Origin: Myxococcota bacterium
Lineage (GTDB): Bacteria; Myxococcota_A; UBA9160; UBA6930
Direction: 5' to 3'
DNA: 64,000 nt
NCBI GenBank assembly: GCA_965223705.1
Contig: OZ245015.1
Location: 1,568,001 to 1,632,000 of the forward strand
Position 1 is the first letter of the stretch. Every line of letters begins with the position of its first letter. Positions 50,138-60,933 of this stretch are shown one piece after another. Below the pieces are notes generated by a model. That model saw only the letters and a list, made by a program, of their open reading frames with translations. It was not told the DNA's origin and made no database searches. The translations under genes and the position numbers were made by a program.

Positions 50138-51343
50138 ATGTCTAAGGCTCTAGAAGGAGTGCGCGTTCTCGATCTCAGCCAGTATGAGGCGGGGCCGTCG
50201 TGCACCCAGGCCTTGGCGTGGCTCGGCGCCGAGGTGGTGAAGATCGAACGACCGGAGACGGGAGAGCCGGGCCGTAGCGTCGGGGGCCACGAAGACGACT
50301 CGCCCTATTTCCTGTATTGGAACAGCAACAAGCGCAGTGTCGTGATCGATCTCGATCGGCCGGAGGGACACGACCTCCTGCTCAGGCTGTTGCCGAACTA
50401 CGACATCCTCGTCGAGAACTACGGCCCCGGCGTCGCGCAAAGACTGGGGCTCGACTACGAATCGCTCGCCGAGCACCACCCGGGCCTCATCTACGCGAGC
50501 GTCAAAGGCTTCGGGAGCACGGGTCCCTACGCGGACTACAAGTCTTTCGACATGGTGGCTCAGGCGGCCTCCGGCGCGTTCTCGGTCACAGGCGATCCCG
50601 AGGGCAAACCCATGCGCCCCGGGCCGACGCTCGGAGACACCGGCACGGGAATGCAGCTCGGCATGGCGATTTTGGCGGCGTACATCCAGCGGCTCCGCAC
50701 CGGCCGCGGCCAGCGCGTCGAGATCTCGATGCAAGAGGCCATGACGTACTACATGCGCACCATGATCGCGCTCGGCAACGGATTCGAGGACAAAGCGGCA
50801 CCGCGGACCGGCACCGGGATGGGGCCGGACATCAACCTCTATCCCTGCAAACCCTTTGGCCCGAATGACTACGTCTACATCGTTGTGGCGACGCCGCGTA
50901 TGTGGGACGCGTTGTGCGAGGCGACCGGGGTCGCTGCCCTGGCCGAGGACGAGCGCTTCAAGACCAGCGGTGAGCGCGCGAAGAACGCCGAAGCGGTCCG
51001 CGAGGCGATCGAGATCTTCACTCGGAAACACACCAAGCACGAAGCGATGAAAATCCTCGCCGAGGCCGGCGTGCCGTGCAGTGCCGTCCTCGACACCCGC
51101 GACCTGATGCACGATCCCCACTTGCGCGCGCGCAACTTCATTGCGCCCGTTTCGCACCCGAACTGGGGAGAAGTCGAACTGCCCGGATTCCCGTCGAGGT
51201 TGTCGGACAGTGAAGTCACCCTCGAAGCCGCGCCGAAACTCGGCGAGGCGACGGACGAGATCCTCAAGAGAGATCTCGGCCTCGATCCGAAAGAACTCGC
51301 CGCGCTCCGCTCAGCGGGCGTTGTCGCCGGCGGAAACGTTTAG
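50138..51343 (+). CDS. Class III CoA-transferase (CaiB/BaiF, formyl-CoA transferase-like)
   Basis: LEGVRVLDL....AGP, GAEV.KIE, N.NKRS, ENY.PG, catalytic D in LGD.GTG. Confidence 0.93.
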   Translation: MSKALEGVRVLDLSQYEAGPSCTQALAWLGAEVVKIERPETGEPGRSVGGHEDDSPYFLYWNSNKRSVVIDLDRPEGHDLLLRLLPNYDILVENYGPGVAQRLGLDYESLAEHHPGLIYASVKGFGSTGPYADYKSFDMVAQAASGAFSVTGDPEGKPMRPGPTLGDTGTGMQLGMAILAAYIQRLRTGRGQRVEISMQEAMTYYMRTMIALGNGFEDKAAPRTGTGMGPDINLYPCKPFGPNDYVYIVVATPRMWDALCEATGVAALAEDERFKTSGERAKNAEAVREAIEIFTRKHTKHEAMKILAEAGVPCSAVLDTRDLMHDPHLRARNFIAPVSHPNWGEVELPGFPSRLSDSEVTLEAAPKLGEATDEILKRDLGLDPKELAALRSAGVVAGGNV

Positions 51344-51351
51344 GAGACCTC

Positions 51352-53037
51352 ATGTCCTACGATCTCATCATCCGCAATGGAACAGTGGTCGACGGTACGG
51401 GTGCGGATCGTCGGCACGCCGACGTCGCCGTGGCCGAAGGCAAGATCGTCGAAGTGGGCGACGTGTCGGGAGCCTCCGAGCGCACGATCGACGCGACGGA
51501 TCTCGTGGTCGCACCGGGCTTCGTCGATCCGCACACCCATTACGACGCACAGATCTGTTGGGACCATCTGACGACGCCGAGTTCGTGGCACGGCGTCACG
51601 AGTGTGGTCATGGGGAACTGCGGCGTCGGGCTCGCACCGTGTCGGCCCGAGAATCGAGAGATGGCGGCGTGGGATCTTGTGAACGTCGAAGCCATTCCGT
51701 TCGAAGTGCTCTCCAAAGGCGTGACCTGGGATTGGGAGAGCTTCCCCGAATACATGGAAGCCGCCGCGAAACGCGGATCTGGGGTCAACCTCGGATTCAT
51801 GGCGGCGCTCACTCCGTTTCGTCACTACGTGATGGGCGAAGAATCCATGGAGCGCGAGGCGACGGACGCGGAGCGAGCAAAAATCGCCGGGCTGCTCGGC
51901 GAGGCGATGGACGCGGGCGCGTTCGGTTTCACCACGACGAACGTCGCGCAGCACATCGGCTACGAGGGCCGCCCCTTGGCGTGTCGTCAGGCCAGTGACA
52001 CTGAACTCAGCGCGTATTGCGGCGTGTTGCGCGAACGGGGTCGCGGATCGATCGAGCTGGCGCTCACGAATGACGTGTCGGTGGTCGATGACAAGGAGTA
52101 CGCGCTCCTCGATCTTCTTCTGCGCGAGAGTCAGCGGCCCGTCACCTGGTTGGCGCTGCTCAACCGCGACGACAAGCCCGAAGCGCCGCAAGAAACACTG
52201 CGACGCACCCAGCCACTTCTCGATCGTGGCGCGATCCCGCAAGTAACCGTCCGGCCGCTCCTCGTCCAGATCGACCTTCGCAACCCGTTCATCTTCGCGA
52301 ACATGGATTGCTGGAACCCGGTGTTCAATCGGCCGGTCGAGGAACAGAAAACCCACTACGCACAGCCGCAGTTCCGGGAAGCGTTCCGCAAGGAACTCGA
52401 GAACCCGAAGATCTTCTCCGGTAAGTGGGAGCGCGCCATCGTGCATCAGGTGGGCGAAAGCGGCGCACTTCGCGGGCTCGAGGGCCGAAACGTCGCCGAG
52501 ATCGCTGCCGAGCGCGGTCGCGACGCTCTCGACACGTTCCTCGACCTCGCCATCGAAGACGATCTCGAGACCCAGTTCTCCTACGAGCTCTTCAACGCCG
52601 ACGAATCGCGTATCCCCGAGCTCATTACCGATCAGCGCGCGATGATCGGGCTTTCCGACGGCGGTGCCCACGTCGACATGTTGTGCGATGCCGGCTACAC
52701 GACCTACCTCCTCGGCACCTGGGTGCGCGACCGCGAAGTGCTGTCCCTCGAGCACGCCGTGAAGCGGATCACTTCGGAGCCCGCCGCGTTCTACGGGCTC
52801 GAGCGGCGCGGACGGATCGCGAAGGGGATGGCCGCCGACTTCGCGATTTTCGATCTCGCCACCGTCGGATCGAACAAGCGCGGAGAGATGCGCAACGATC
52901 TGCCCGGCGGTGGCCGCCGGCTCGTGATGCCGGCGCGAGGGGTGGAGTACACGATCGTGAACGGCGAAGTCTTGTTCGAAAACGCACAGCACACAGGGGT
53001 GCTCCCTGGACAAGTTCTCCGCTCGGGTCACGCCTAG
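51352..53037 (+). CDS. N-acyl-D-amino-acid deacylase / amidohydrolase family protein
   Basis: G.VVDGTG, PGFVDPHTHYD, HGVT..V.GNCG, SDGGAH, D.PGG.RR. Confidence 0.9.
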   Translation: MSYDLIIRNGTVVDGTGADRRHADVAVAEGKIVEVGDVSGASERTIDATDLVVAPGFVDPHTHYDAQICWDHLTTPSSWHGVTSVVMGNCGVGLAPCRPENREMAAWDLVNVEAIPFEVLSKGVTWDWESFPEYMEAAAKRGSGVNLGFMAALTPFRHYVMGEESMEREATDAERAKIAGLLGEAMDAGAFGFTTTNVAQHIGYEGRPLACRQASDTELSAYCGVLRERGRGSIELALTNDVSVVDDKEYALLDLLLRESQRPVTWLALLNRDDKPEAPQETLRRTQPLLDRGAIPQVTVRPLLVQIDLRNPFIFANMDCWNPVFNRPVEEQKTHYAQPQFREAFRKELENPKIFSGKWERAIVHQVGESGALRGLEGRNVAEIAAERGRDALDTFLDLAIEDDLETQFSYELFNADESRIPELITDQRAMIGLSDGGAHVDMLCDAGYTTYLLGTWVRDREVLSLEHAVKRITSEPAAFYGLERRGRIAKGMAADFAIFDLATVGSNKRGEMRNDLPGGGRRLVMPARGVEYTIVNGEVLFENAQHTGVLPGQVLRSGHA

Positions 53038-55085
53038 TGACCTACCGCTTGGGCGTTGATGTCGGCGGAACGTTCACCGATGTCTTGGTTGTCGATGAAG
53101 CGTCGGGTCGGATGGCGACCGCGAAGGTCCCGTCCACCCCGCAGGATTCCTCGGTCGGTGTCCTGAACGGCATCGCTCGCGCGTGCGAGCGCGCCGATAT
53201 CGACCCCTCGCGGATCACGCACGTCATGCACGGGACCACCGTGGCGACGAACGCGATGCTGACCGGAAACGGGGCGCGCGTCGGGTTGGTGACCACAGAC
53301 GGCTATCGCCAGGTGCTCCAGATCGCCCGCTCGTTCGTGCCGGGCGGACTCGGTGGCTGGGTCATCTACGAGCCGTCGGCACCCCTCGCGCCGCTCGAGC
53401 TCACGGTCGAGATCCCCGAACGTGTCGGCGCCGACGGCAGCGTCGTGCGCCCCCTCGAAGAGGCACCGACCCGGGAAGCCCTCGCGAAGCTCGGTGAGGC
53501 GGGTATCGAAGCGCTCACCGTGAGCCTCATCAACTCCTTCGAGAACCCGGTCCACGAGCAGCGCGTGCGCGAACTTGCCGCCGAGGTGCTACCGGGCGTC
53601 CCCGTATCGCTCTCGTCCGATGTCATTCCCGAGATGCAGGAATACGAGCGGACGGTGACGACCGTCGCGAATTCCTACGTGCGCCCCGCCGTTGAGACCT
53701 ACGTACGCAATCTCGAGAGCGAACTCTCGGATCGGCTGGACGGCGTCACGCTGCGCATCCTGCGCTCGGACGGCGGACTCGCCGCCGCAAAGGTGGCCCA
53801 AGAGTTCCCCGTGAATCTGCTCATGAGCGGCCCGGCGGGCGGCGTTTCCGGCGCCATCTGGGTCGCCGAGCAGGCGGGCTTCGAGAACTTGCTGACCTTC
53901 GACATGGGCGGCACGTCGACGGATGTCGCGCTCGTCCGCGAAGGTCGAGCGGCACTTCGTCGCGAGACGACGGTCGGGGATGTCACCGTGCGCGCATCGT
54001 CGGTTGATGTTCGCACGGTCGGTGCCGGTGGCGGATCGATCGCACACGTACCGGAACTCACCGGAGCGCTGCGCGTCGGTCCACAGAGCGCCGGTGCCGA
54101 TCCCGGCCCCGCGGCCTACGGCCGCGGTGGAACCGAAGCGACGGTGACCGACGCGAACGTCGTGCTCGGCTACTTCCCCGACAGCCAGCGGTTGGGCGGC
54201 GACATGGCGCTCGATCGAAAAGCGTCCGAAGCCGCCGTCCAGAAAATCGCCGATGCCCGCGGGCTCTCTCTCGAACGCGCGGCCGCTGGGATCATCGACA
54301 TCGTCAACGAGAATATGTGCGGAGCCCTGCGCCTCGTCTCGGTGGAGCAGGGCTACGATCCCCGCGATTTCGCGCTGATCGCGTTCGGCGGCGCGGGGCC
54401 TCTCCACGCCAACGCGCTCGCGAAGCTCATCCACAGCTGGCCCGTCATCATTCCCCCCGGCCCGGGCGTGCTGTGCGCGTACGGCGACGCCACGACCCGA
54501 CTTCGCAACGAGACGTCGCGGAGCTTTGTGCGACGATTTTCGGAGACGGAACCGGGCGAGCTCGCTTCGCTCTTTGAAGAATTGGGTGCTCAGGCCCGCG
54601 AATCCCTCGAAGCCGAAGGTGAGGGCGTCGCCGCGACCCGCTACGAAGCCGATCTCCGCTATCAGGGCCAAGGACTTCAGCTTTCGGTGCCGATCGACCT
54701 CGATGCGTTTCGCCGCGACGGACTCGACCATGCGGGCGACCAATTCGACGAACTCCACACCCAGCTCTTCACGTTTGCGCTCGACGCCGAAAAAGAATTC
54801 GTGAATCTACGCGCCGCCGCCGAAGGACGAGCCACGTCGCTGACCGCCGCCGTCGCACCGGAGGGCCGCGGCGCGGCCGCCGCGCGGCTGGGTGAGCAGC
54901 GCGTCTACGTCGATGGCGCTCACGCAACCGCCGGCGTGTTCGACCGGGCGCGTCTCGGGGCCGGAGACGTCGTCGACGGGCCGGCGATCATCACCGAGAT
55001 GGATTCCACCACCCTGGTTCTCCCCGACCACCAGGCGGAAGTCGACGCGCGCGGAAATCTTCTCATTCGTCCGGAGAGCGGCTGA
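53037..55085 (+). CDS. Hydantoinase/oxoprolinase family subunit A (ATP-binding)
   Basis: GVDVGGTFTD, HGTTVATN, SGPAGG, DMGGTSTD, GAGGGS, FGGAGPLH. Confidence 0.93.
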   Translation: MTYRLGVDVGGTFTDVLVVDEASGRMATAKVPSTPQDSSVGVLNGIARACERADIDPSRITHVMHGTTVATNAMLTGNGARVGLVTTDGYRQVLQIARSFVPGGLGGWVIYEPSAPLAPLELTVEIPERVGADGSVVRPLEEAPTREALAKLGEAGIEALTVSLINSFENPVHEQRVRELAAEVLPGVPVSLSSDVIPEMQEYERTVTTVANSYVRPAVETYVRNLESELSDRLDGVTLRILRSDGGLAAAKVAQEFPVNLLMSGPAGGVSGAIWVAEQAGFENLLTFDMGGTSTDVALVREGRAALRRETTVGDVTVRASSVDVRTVGAGGGSIAHVPELTGALRVGPQSAGADPGPAAYGRGGTEATVTDANVVLGYFPDSQRLGGDMALDRKASEAAVQKIADARGLSLERAAAGIIDIVNENMCGALRLVSVEQGYDPRDFALIAFGGAGPLHANALAKLIHSWPVIIPPGPGVLCAYGDATTRLRNETSRSFVRRFSETEPGELASLFEELGAQARESLEAEGEGVAATRYEADLRYQGQGLQLSVPIDLDAFRRDGLDHAGDQFDELHTQLFTFALDAEKEFVNLRAAAEGRATSLTAAVAPEGRGAAAARLGEQRVYVDGAHATAGVFDRARLGAGDVVDGPAIITEMDSTTLVLPDHQAEVDARGNLLIRPESG

Positions 55086-56953
55086 TGCCTGTCGAGATCA
55101 TCGAAACCAATCACGCGCCGTTCAATGACGTCGACGTCGATCCCATCTCCCTCGACATCATCGAGAACGCGCTGCGCAACGCGCGTTTCGAAATGGATGC
55201 GGTGCTCTTCCGAACCGCCATGTCGCCGGGGATTCGCGAACAGCACGACGAATTCCCCCTGATTGCCAACCGCGACGGAAAGATGGTGGTGGGCCAGTTC
55301 GGATCGTTCATCCACGGTTTTTCAGCCGGACACGAAGGCACGGTGGAAGAGGGCGACATCTTCCTCACCTCCGACCCCTACAGCTGCGCGGGCGCGATCA
55401 GTCACGCAAACGATTGGCTCGTGTTGATGCCGATCTTCCGGGACGGCCGTCTCCTCGCCTGGACGGCCATGTTCGGGCATATGACCGACATCGGCGGGAA
55501 GGTGCCGGGAAGTCTCCCCACCGACGCGCGCCAGATCTACGAAGAAGGCATCGTCGTTCCACCGGTCAAGATCTGTAAGAAGGGCGTCATGCAGGACGAC
55601 CTCCTGCGTGTGATTTTTCACAACTGTCGCCTTCCGCACTGGAATCGCAGCGACTTAAACGCGATCGTCGCCGCGAGCCGCACGGCCGAGCGCCGCGTCA
55701 TCGAAATCGCCGAGCGCTTCGGCGACGACGTGTTTCACGCGGCCATGAACGAGCTTCTCGATCGCAACTACCGCGCGATGAAACAGCTCATCGCGAATAC
55801 GATCCCGGAAGAGCGTCAAGAGTTCGAAGACTATATCTGCGACGACGGCATGGGCATGGGCCCGTACAAGTTGAAGTGCGCCATGTGGCGTGAAGGCGAC
55901 AAGGTCATCTTCGATTTCGAGGGGACCGATCCGCAGTCGATCGGCTCGATCAACTTCTACTTGAACGAAGAGATGTTCAAGATGTTCTGCGGCGTCTTCA
56001 TGATCATGGTGTTCGATCCGCAGATCCTGTTCAACGACGGCTTCTATCCGCTGATGGAGGTGCGCATTCCGGAGGGATCGATCCTCAAGCCGAGGCACCC
56101 GGCAGCGCTCTCGTGCCGAACCCACGCGTTGGGCCGCATTTTCGATGTCATCAGCGGTTTGCTCGGGCAGGGAAGCCCGGATTTCTTGTGCGCCGCGGGG
56201 TTCTCGGATAGCCCGCATTTCATGTATTCGGGCTATGACGAGCAAGGCGAGTGGTACCAGCTCTACCAGATCAGTTTCGGCGGGATCCCGGGCCGGCCGA
56301 TCGGCGACGGCCCCGACGGGCATTCGCTGTGGCCGAGCTTTACGAACGTGCCGAACGAGTTCCTCGAGAGCTATTTCCCGCTTCGTATCGAGCGTTACGA
56401 GACCGTGACGGACAGTGGAGGTGCCGGACTTCACCGCGGCGGGAACGCCCTGCGCATCGGTTACCGCTTCCTCGAGGACGGCGAGATCTCGATCCACGAC
56501 GATCGCTGGTTCACGTATCCGTGGGGCGTGAACGGCGGTGATCCGGGCGGGCGCAGCCGCAAGATTCTCGAGCGAACCGACGGCACCCGCGAGATTCTCC
56601 CCTCGAAGTGCGACCGGATCGTGGTCAAGCGCGACGATCTCCTCTACTTCGAAACATGGGGAGGCGGCGGATGGGGCGATCCGCTTCAGCGACCCACCGA
56701 AACGGTGGCCGCGGACGTCGCGCGAGGACTCGTGAGTGTCGAAGGGGCGAAGCGCTACGGCGTCGTGCTGGATTCCGACGGCGGCGTCGATGTGGCGCAA
56801 ACCGATGCGCTCCGCGCCGAAATGAAGTCGAGTCGCCCGCCCTCCGGCGTCTTTGATTTCGGCGGAAGCGTCGAGGAACTCCGAGAGCGTTGCCAAGCGG
56901 AGACCGGACTCGAACCCCCGCGGCCCCCCGTCTTCCAGCGCCGAGCGGGCTAG
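55085..56953 (+). CDS. Hydantoinase B/oxoprolinase family subunit B
   Basis: DP..LDI, S..IRE..D, H.NDW, H..DIGG..PGS, DSGGAG..RGG, GGGGWGDP. Confidence 0.93.
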   Translation: MPVEIIETNHAPFNDVDVDPISLDIIENALRNARFEMDAVLFRTAMSPGIREQHDEFPLIANRDGKMVVGQFGSFIHGFSAGHEGTVEEGDIFLTSDPYSCAGAISHANDWLVLMPIFRDGRLLAWTAMFGHMTDIGGKVPGSLPTDARQIYEEGIVVPPVKICKKGVMQDDLLRVIFHNCRLPHWNRSDLNAIVAASRTAERRVIEIAERFGDDVFHAAMNELLDRNYRAMKQLIANTIPEERQEFEDYICDDGMGMGPYKLKCAMWREGDKVIFDFEGTDPQSIGSINFYLNEEMFKMFCGVFMIMVFDPQILFNDGFYPLMEVRIPEGSILKPRHPAALSCRTHALGRIFDVISGLLGQGSPDFLCAAGFSDSPHFMYSGYDEQGEWYQLYQISFGGIPGRPIGDGPDGHSLWPSFTNVPNEFLESYFPLRIERYETVTDSGGAGLHRGGNALRIGYRFLEDGEISIHDDRWFTYPWGVNGGDPGGRSRKILERTDGTREILPSKCDRIVVKRDDLLYFETWGGGGWGDPLQRPTETVAADVARGLVSVEGAKRYGVVLDSDGGVDVAQTDALRAEMKSSRPPSGVFDFGGSVEELRERCQAETGLEPPRPPVFQRRAG

Positions 56954-58380
56954 CCGGACCGGCGGGCCGCGAGTTCGCGCTCGATTTCTGCGTAGCGCTC
57001 GCGAGAGATCCGCAGCCGGGTGATGAAGAACAACCCGGCGACGTAGAGCGCGACGAGCCCCGGCCCTGCCACCCAGCCCAAACTTCGGATCGTTTCTTCC
57101 GGAACGTTGCCGACCGCGGCATCGACCGAACCGACGGGGAAATCGATCCAGTCGAGAACCATGCCGGCGAAGAAGTTGCCCAGACCGGAGACCGCTTTGG
57201 CGGTGAACGTGAGCACGGCGATGAAGGTGCCCTCGCGTCGTTCTCCCGCCTCGAGTTCGTGCTCGTCCGTGGCGTCCATCAGCATTGAGGAATAAAGAAT
57301 CCCCACCTGAATCAACGCCGCGAGAAGGAACAACCCGTGAACCATGATGAACGGCAAGAGCAGCGGGCTTCCGTTTTGAGGCGCGATGCCTGCGAAGCGC
57401 ATCAAGACGGGAAGGGGGCCCCAGACGATGGCGAAGGAGACAAGGCCGATCGTCGCCTTCCGTTTGTCCCAACGGCGACTGATCGGGCCGACAAGCGCGA
57501 AGCCGACAACGAGCGGAACGACCTGCCCAATCGCGATGACGCCGATTGCGGCGGACGGAAACTCCCAGAACCAGGTCGCCATATAGGTGTTCAGCACTTC
57601 CGCGACACCCAGAGCGGAGTAGCTGAAGAGCGACCCGATGAGAAGCATGCGAAGCGTGTGGTTCCTGAGCGCAGCGCGCGCGTCGCCGACGAACCGCGAC
57701 AGCGAAAACAAAGGCCCGGCCTGTGGGAGTTTTCGAAGCGTCGGAATCACGCGGTGGGTTCCGATCGACGACACGAGAATGGCCGTCGCCGCGAGCGCGC
57801 CCGTGAAGATGCCGAGCGCCGGGTAGCGCGATGCATCGAGCCGCCCGTCACCGACGACTTCGCTGTCCGCGAGAAAGACGAGCCAACCCATCGTCGTGAC
57901 CGCCACAGCCCCGAGCCATCCGAGAAGCCAACGATACGCGACGAGACGTGTGCGCTCGTCGTAGTTCTGGGTCATCTCCGGGCCGAGCGCACCGCTCGGC
58001 ACCATGTAGAACGTGAGAAACAGGCGAGTGGCGACAGCGAAGACGAGAAGCCACGCGAAGAGCTCGCTGTCGCCAAGCCCGTCTGGCGGCGAGAACAGCG
58101 CCACCACCGAAAGCCCCATGGGCAGCGCCGCGGCGTACATGAACGGATGGCGGCGTCCCCAGCGCGATCGAAAGTGATCCGATAGCGAACCGACCAACGG
58201 ATCGGTGACGGCGTCGACGCACAGGGCCAGAAAGATCGCGAGGCCCGAGAGCGTTCCCGGCAGCCCCAAGACCGTGGTGTAGTACAACACGAGGAACGCG
58301 TTGAACGCCGCGTTCTTCGCGCCGTCGGCAACGGACCCCACGCCGTAGGCGAGGCGCAGGCGGAGCGGAACCGGAGGCAC
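56950..58380 (-). CDS. MFS transporter, GPH (glycoside-pentoside-hexuronide) family
   Basis: AYG.G, DAVTDP..G..SD...SRWGRRHP, E....Y.ERT, G.RREG. Start GTG 58380 overlaps the SDR stop. Confidence 0.9.
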   Translation of the reverse strand: MPPVPLRLRLAYGVGSVADGAKNAAFNAFLVLYYTTVLGLPGTLSGLAIFLALCVDAVTDPLVGSLSDHFRSRWGRRHPFMYAAALPMGLSVVALFSPPDGLGDSELFAWLLVFAVATRLFLTFYMVPSGALGPEMTQNYDERTRLVAYRWLLGWLGAVAVTTMGWLVFLADSEVVGDGRLDASRYPALGIFTGALAATAILVSSIGTHRVIPTLRKLPQAGPLFSLSRFVGDARAALRNHTLRMLLIGSLFSYSALGVAEVLNTYMATWFWEFPSAAIGVIAIGQVVPLVVGFALVGPISRRWDKRKATIGLVSFAIVWGPLPVLMRFAGIAPQNGSPLLLPFIMVHGLFLLAALIQVGILYSSMLMDATDEHELEAGERREGTFIAVLTFTAKAVSGLGNFFAGMVLDWIDFPVGSVDAAVGNVPEETIRSLGWVAGPGLVALYVAGLFFITRLRISRERYAEIERELAARRSG

Positions 58381-59135
58381 TAGAGGAAGACGTCGCCGCC
58401 GTTCGGCGAAACACACTGCCCCACCATGTGGCGCGCGTCTTCCGAAGCGAGAAAGACGTAGCTCGGTACGATGTCGTCGACCTGCGCCAGTCGCCCCTTC
58501 GGGATCGAAGCGCGGATGGCATCGAGAATCTCATCCGGGACACCGTCGAGGATCGGTGTTTCCGTCGCACCGGGCGCCACGCAGTTTGCCGTGATATCAC
58601 GCGGGCCGAGTTCGAGAGCGAGGGAGCGGGTAAAACCGATGATTCCCGCTTTCGCGGCCGTGTAGTGCGCGAAACCCGGCGATCCCTTGTACGCGAGCTG
58701 CGAAGCCGTGTGGATGATCCGGCCGTAGTTCTGCTCGCGCATTCCGGGAAGAAACGCCCGGGCGCACAAAAAAACCCCGCGCAGATGAATCGAGACGAGG
58801 CGGTCCCACATGGCGGTCGGCATCTCGTGGACGGGCGCGCTGGTCGCGATACCGGCGTTGCTCACCAGGATGTCGACGCCCCCGAGCGCGCTCTGGGCGG
58901 CCTTCGCGAGCTCCGCCACCTCCGCTTCGTCGGAAACGTCGGCCCGGACCGCGAGGCCTCGCTGCCCAGCCTCCCGGACAGCCGCGCACACGCTTTCGGC
59001 CGCTTCCGCTTCTGCGTCCGTCGGATAGTTCACGACGACATCCGCACCCTCGGAGGCAAAAGCGCGGGCGACACCCGCCCCGATTCCACTACTAGCGCCC
59101 GTTACGACAGCTTTGCGACCCTCGAGTCTTCCCAT
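58380..59135 (-). CDS. Short-chain dehydrogenase/reductase (FabG-like)
   Basis: TGASSGIG, NAG, Y...K (YTAAK), VAPG. Confidence 0.93.
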   Translation of the reverse strand: MGRLEGRKAVVTGASSGIGAGVARAFASEGADVVVNYPTDAEAEAAESVCAAVREAGQRGLAVRADVSDEAEVAELAKAAQSALGGVDILVSNAGIATSAPVHEMPTAMWDRLVSIHLRGVFLCARAFLPGMREQNYGRIIHTASQLAYKGSPGFAHYTAAKAGIIGFTRSLALELGPRDITANCVAPGATETPILDGVPDEILDAIRASIPKGRLAQVDDIVPSYVFLASEDARHMVGQCVSPNGGDVFL

Positions 59136-59179
59136 CCCGACAGGATAGACCAGCTAGACTCACCCATTGGAGGTTCACT

Positions 59180-59821
59180 GTGCGCGCTCTTCCCGAAACG
59201 CCGATTTCTGCCACCGAGTTCATGGAGCAGTGGTTTCCCGCAGCATTTCTCGAGGCCGAGCTTCCCGAGGCCGCGCGCAATGCAACCGGTAGCATCGGCG
59301 TAAAGCTCACCGGCGCAGACGGTGGCGAGTGGACGTTGACCCTCGGTGGCGGCTCCGTCCGCGTCGAGCCGGGCTCTCGAGAAAACGCTCTGTTCAGCAT
59401 CGTCCAGACGACGGATGATTGGCGCGGCGCACTTTGGGAAGGCCGGGGCGGGGCGATCGGCCAGCAGTCGGCGAAGCTGTTTCAACCGGGTAGCCAGAAC
59501 GATTGGAAACCCGGAGAAATCGGCGGCCCGCCGAACCCGAAGGCGCTCGAGGAAATCGGCAAACTCGACGGGCTCATCCGCATGGAAGTTACGGGCGGCA
59601 GCGCGGGCGATTGGAGCGTCGATTTCAAGCTCGGCCCGGGGCCACTACCCGAAGCACCCACGACAACGCTCTCCATGTCCGACGAAGATTCGTCCGCGAT
59701 GGCGCGCGGCGAACTCGACGCGATGGAAGCCTTCATGGGTGGGCACATGCTGGTCACGGGCGATATGGCCCTTGTCATGCAGGTGCAAGCGATTCAAATG
59801 CAGGCGGCCCAAGAGGCCTAG
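59180..59821 (+). CDS. SCP2 sterol/lipid-binding domain protein (two SCP2-like halves)
   Basis: L.G..GGEW.L in the first half; GELD.M.AFM.G...V.GD in the second half. Confidence 0.7.
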   Translation: MRALPETPISATEFMEQWFPAAFLEAELPEAARNATGSIGVKLTGADGGEWTLTLGGGSVRVEPGSRENALFSIVQTTDDWRGALWEGRGGAIGQQSAKLFQPGSQNDWKPGEIGGPPNPKALEEIGKLDGLIRMEVTGGSAGDWSVDFKLGPGPLPEAPTTTLSMSDEDSSAMARGELDAMEAFMGGHMLVTGDMALVMQVQAIQMQAAQEA

Positions 59822-60933
59822 GCTCGGGGTTGCCGGACGCCCATCTGCTCGAGCCGGGGCACGATCTCGTCGATCGTTCGCTTCGTGTCTTCCTCATAGT
59901 GGCGGAAGGTCAACGCGGCGGCGTCGAGCCCGGCCTCTTGCAGTGCGGCGAGCTGGCCCGCGACCTGCTCCGGCGTGCCGATGAGCTTCCCGCTCCCGAC
60001 GCCGAGGATCGACCCCTGAATGATCTCGCCCACCGTGAGGCCCGGCCCGAAGATCGATTCCGCGGTGCCCAGCGTTTGGCCGCTCAAGCCCTCGATCATC
60101 TCACGCGCCGCGATTTCATCGCGTTGCGCCATCAATTCTTCAACTTCGCGCTCGACCTCGGCCTCGGTATCGCGGCACAAGCAAAAGAGGTAGGTGATGA
60201 TGCGGACTTCTCGGCCCGTCGCTGCCGCGCGCGCCCGCAGGTCTTTCACCTCCGCGCGTAGCTGCTCCGGATCGAGGGCGCCGGTGAAGTACCAGTCGCA
60301 GTATTTCGCCGTGAAATCCTTGCCGGCGTCGGAGCTCCCCGCGTTGAAGAGCGGCGGAAGTTCCTGCGGCATCGGTTGGCAACACCCTCCGCGAATCGTG
60401 AAATGCTTTCCGTCGTAGTCGAAACCGTCTTCGGTCCAGAAGCGCTGCAGCACCTCCGTGAATTCGGTCGTTTGCTGATACCGTTCGGCGTGAGAGCGGA
60501 ACGGGATTCCGTACATCTCGAAATCGGCCTTGGTCCACCCACTCACGACGTTCAGGCCCCAACGTCCCCGGCTGATCTGCGAGAGTGTCGCCCCCATGCG
60601 CGCGACCGCAGCAGGGTGAAAGAACGCGGTGTAGACCGTCGACACGATGCGGAGTCGCTCGGTGGCCTCGGCAATGCCGGCCGCGACGCCAAACGAATCG
60701 AGGGCGTGACTCCAAACGCGTTTGGGGCCGAACCCGCGCCCTCCGCGCTGGGCCATGAAATAGATCTCGAGTCCCGCGCGATCGAGCATTTGCGCGATAC
60801 GCCGGTTCGCCTCGTAGGTGATCTCCACCCGCTGCTCGGCATCCGAGAGGACAAACAGCGCCGGGTCGCCCTGGGGCGGCATGCGGCCGATCGTGGGCGC
60901 GAAGATTCCGAGCTCGAGGTGCCGTTGGGTCAT
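59818..60933 (-). CDS. LLM-class flavin-dependent monooxygenase (SfnG/RutA-like)
   Basis: HP...A.M.AT..QIS.GR..LN.VSGW, NAG.S..G..F.A..CD, GTP.QVA. Confidence 0.88.
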   Translation of the reverse strand: MTQRHLELGIFAPTIGRMPPQGDPALFVLSDAEQRVEITYEANRRIAQMLDRAGLEIYFMAQRGGRGFGPKRVWSHALDSFGVAAGIAEATERLRIVSTVYTAFFHPAAVARMGATLSQISRGRWGLNVVSGWTKADFEMYGIPFRSHAERYQQTTEFTEVLQRFWTEDGFDYDGKHFTIRGGCCQPMPQELPPLFNAGSSDAGKDFTAKYCDWYFTGALDPEQLRAEVKDLRARAAATGREVRIITYLFCLCRDTEAEVEREVEELMAQRDEIAAREMIEGLSGQTLGTAESIFGPGLTVGEIIQGSILGVGSGKLIGTPEQVAGQLAALQEAGLDAAALTFRHYEEDTKRTIDEIVPRLEQMGVRQPRA

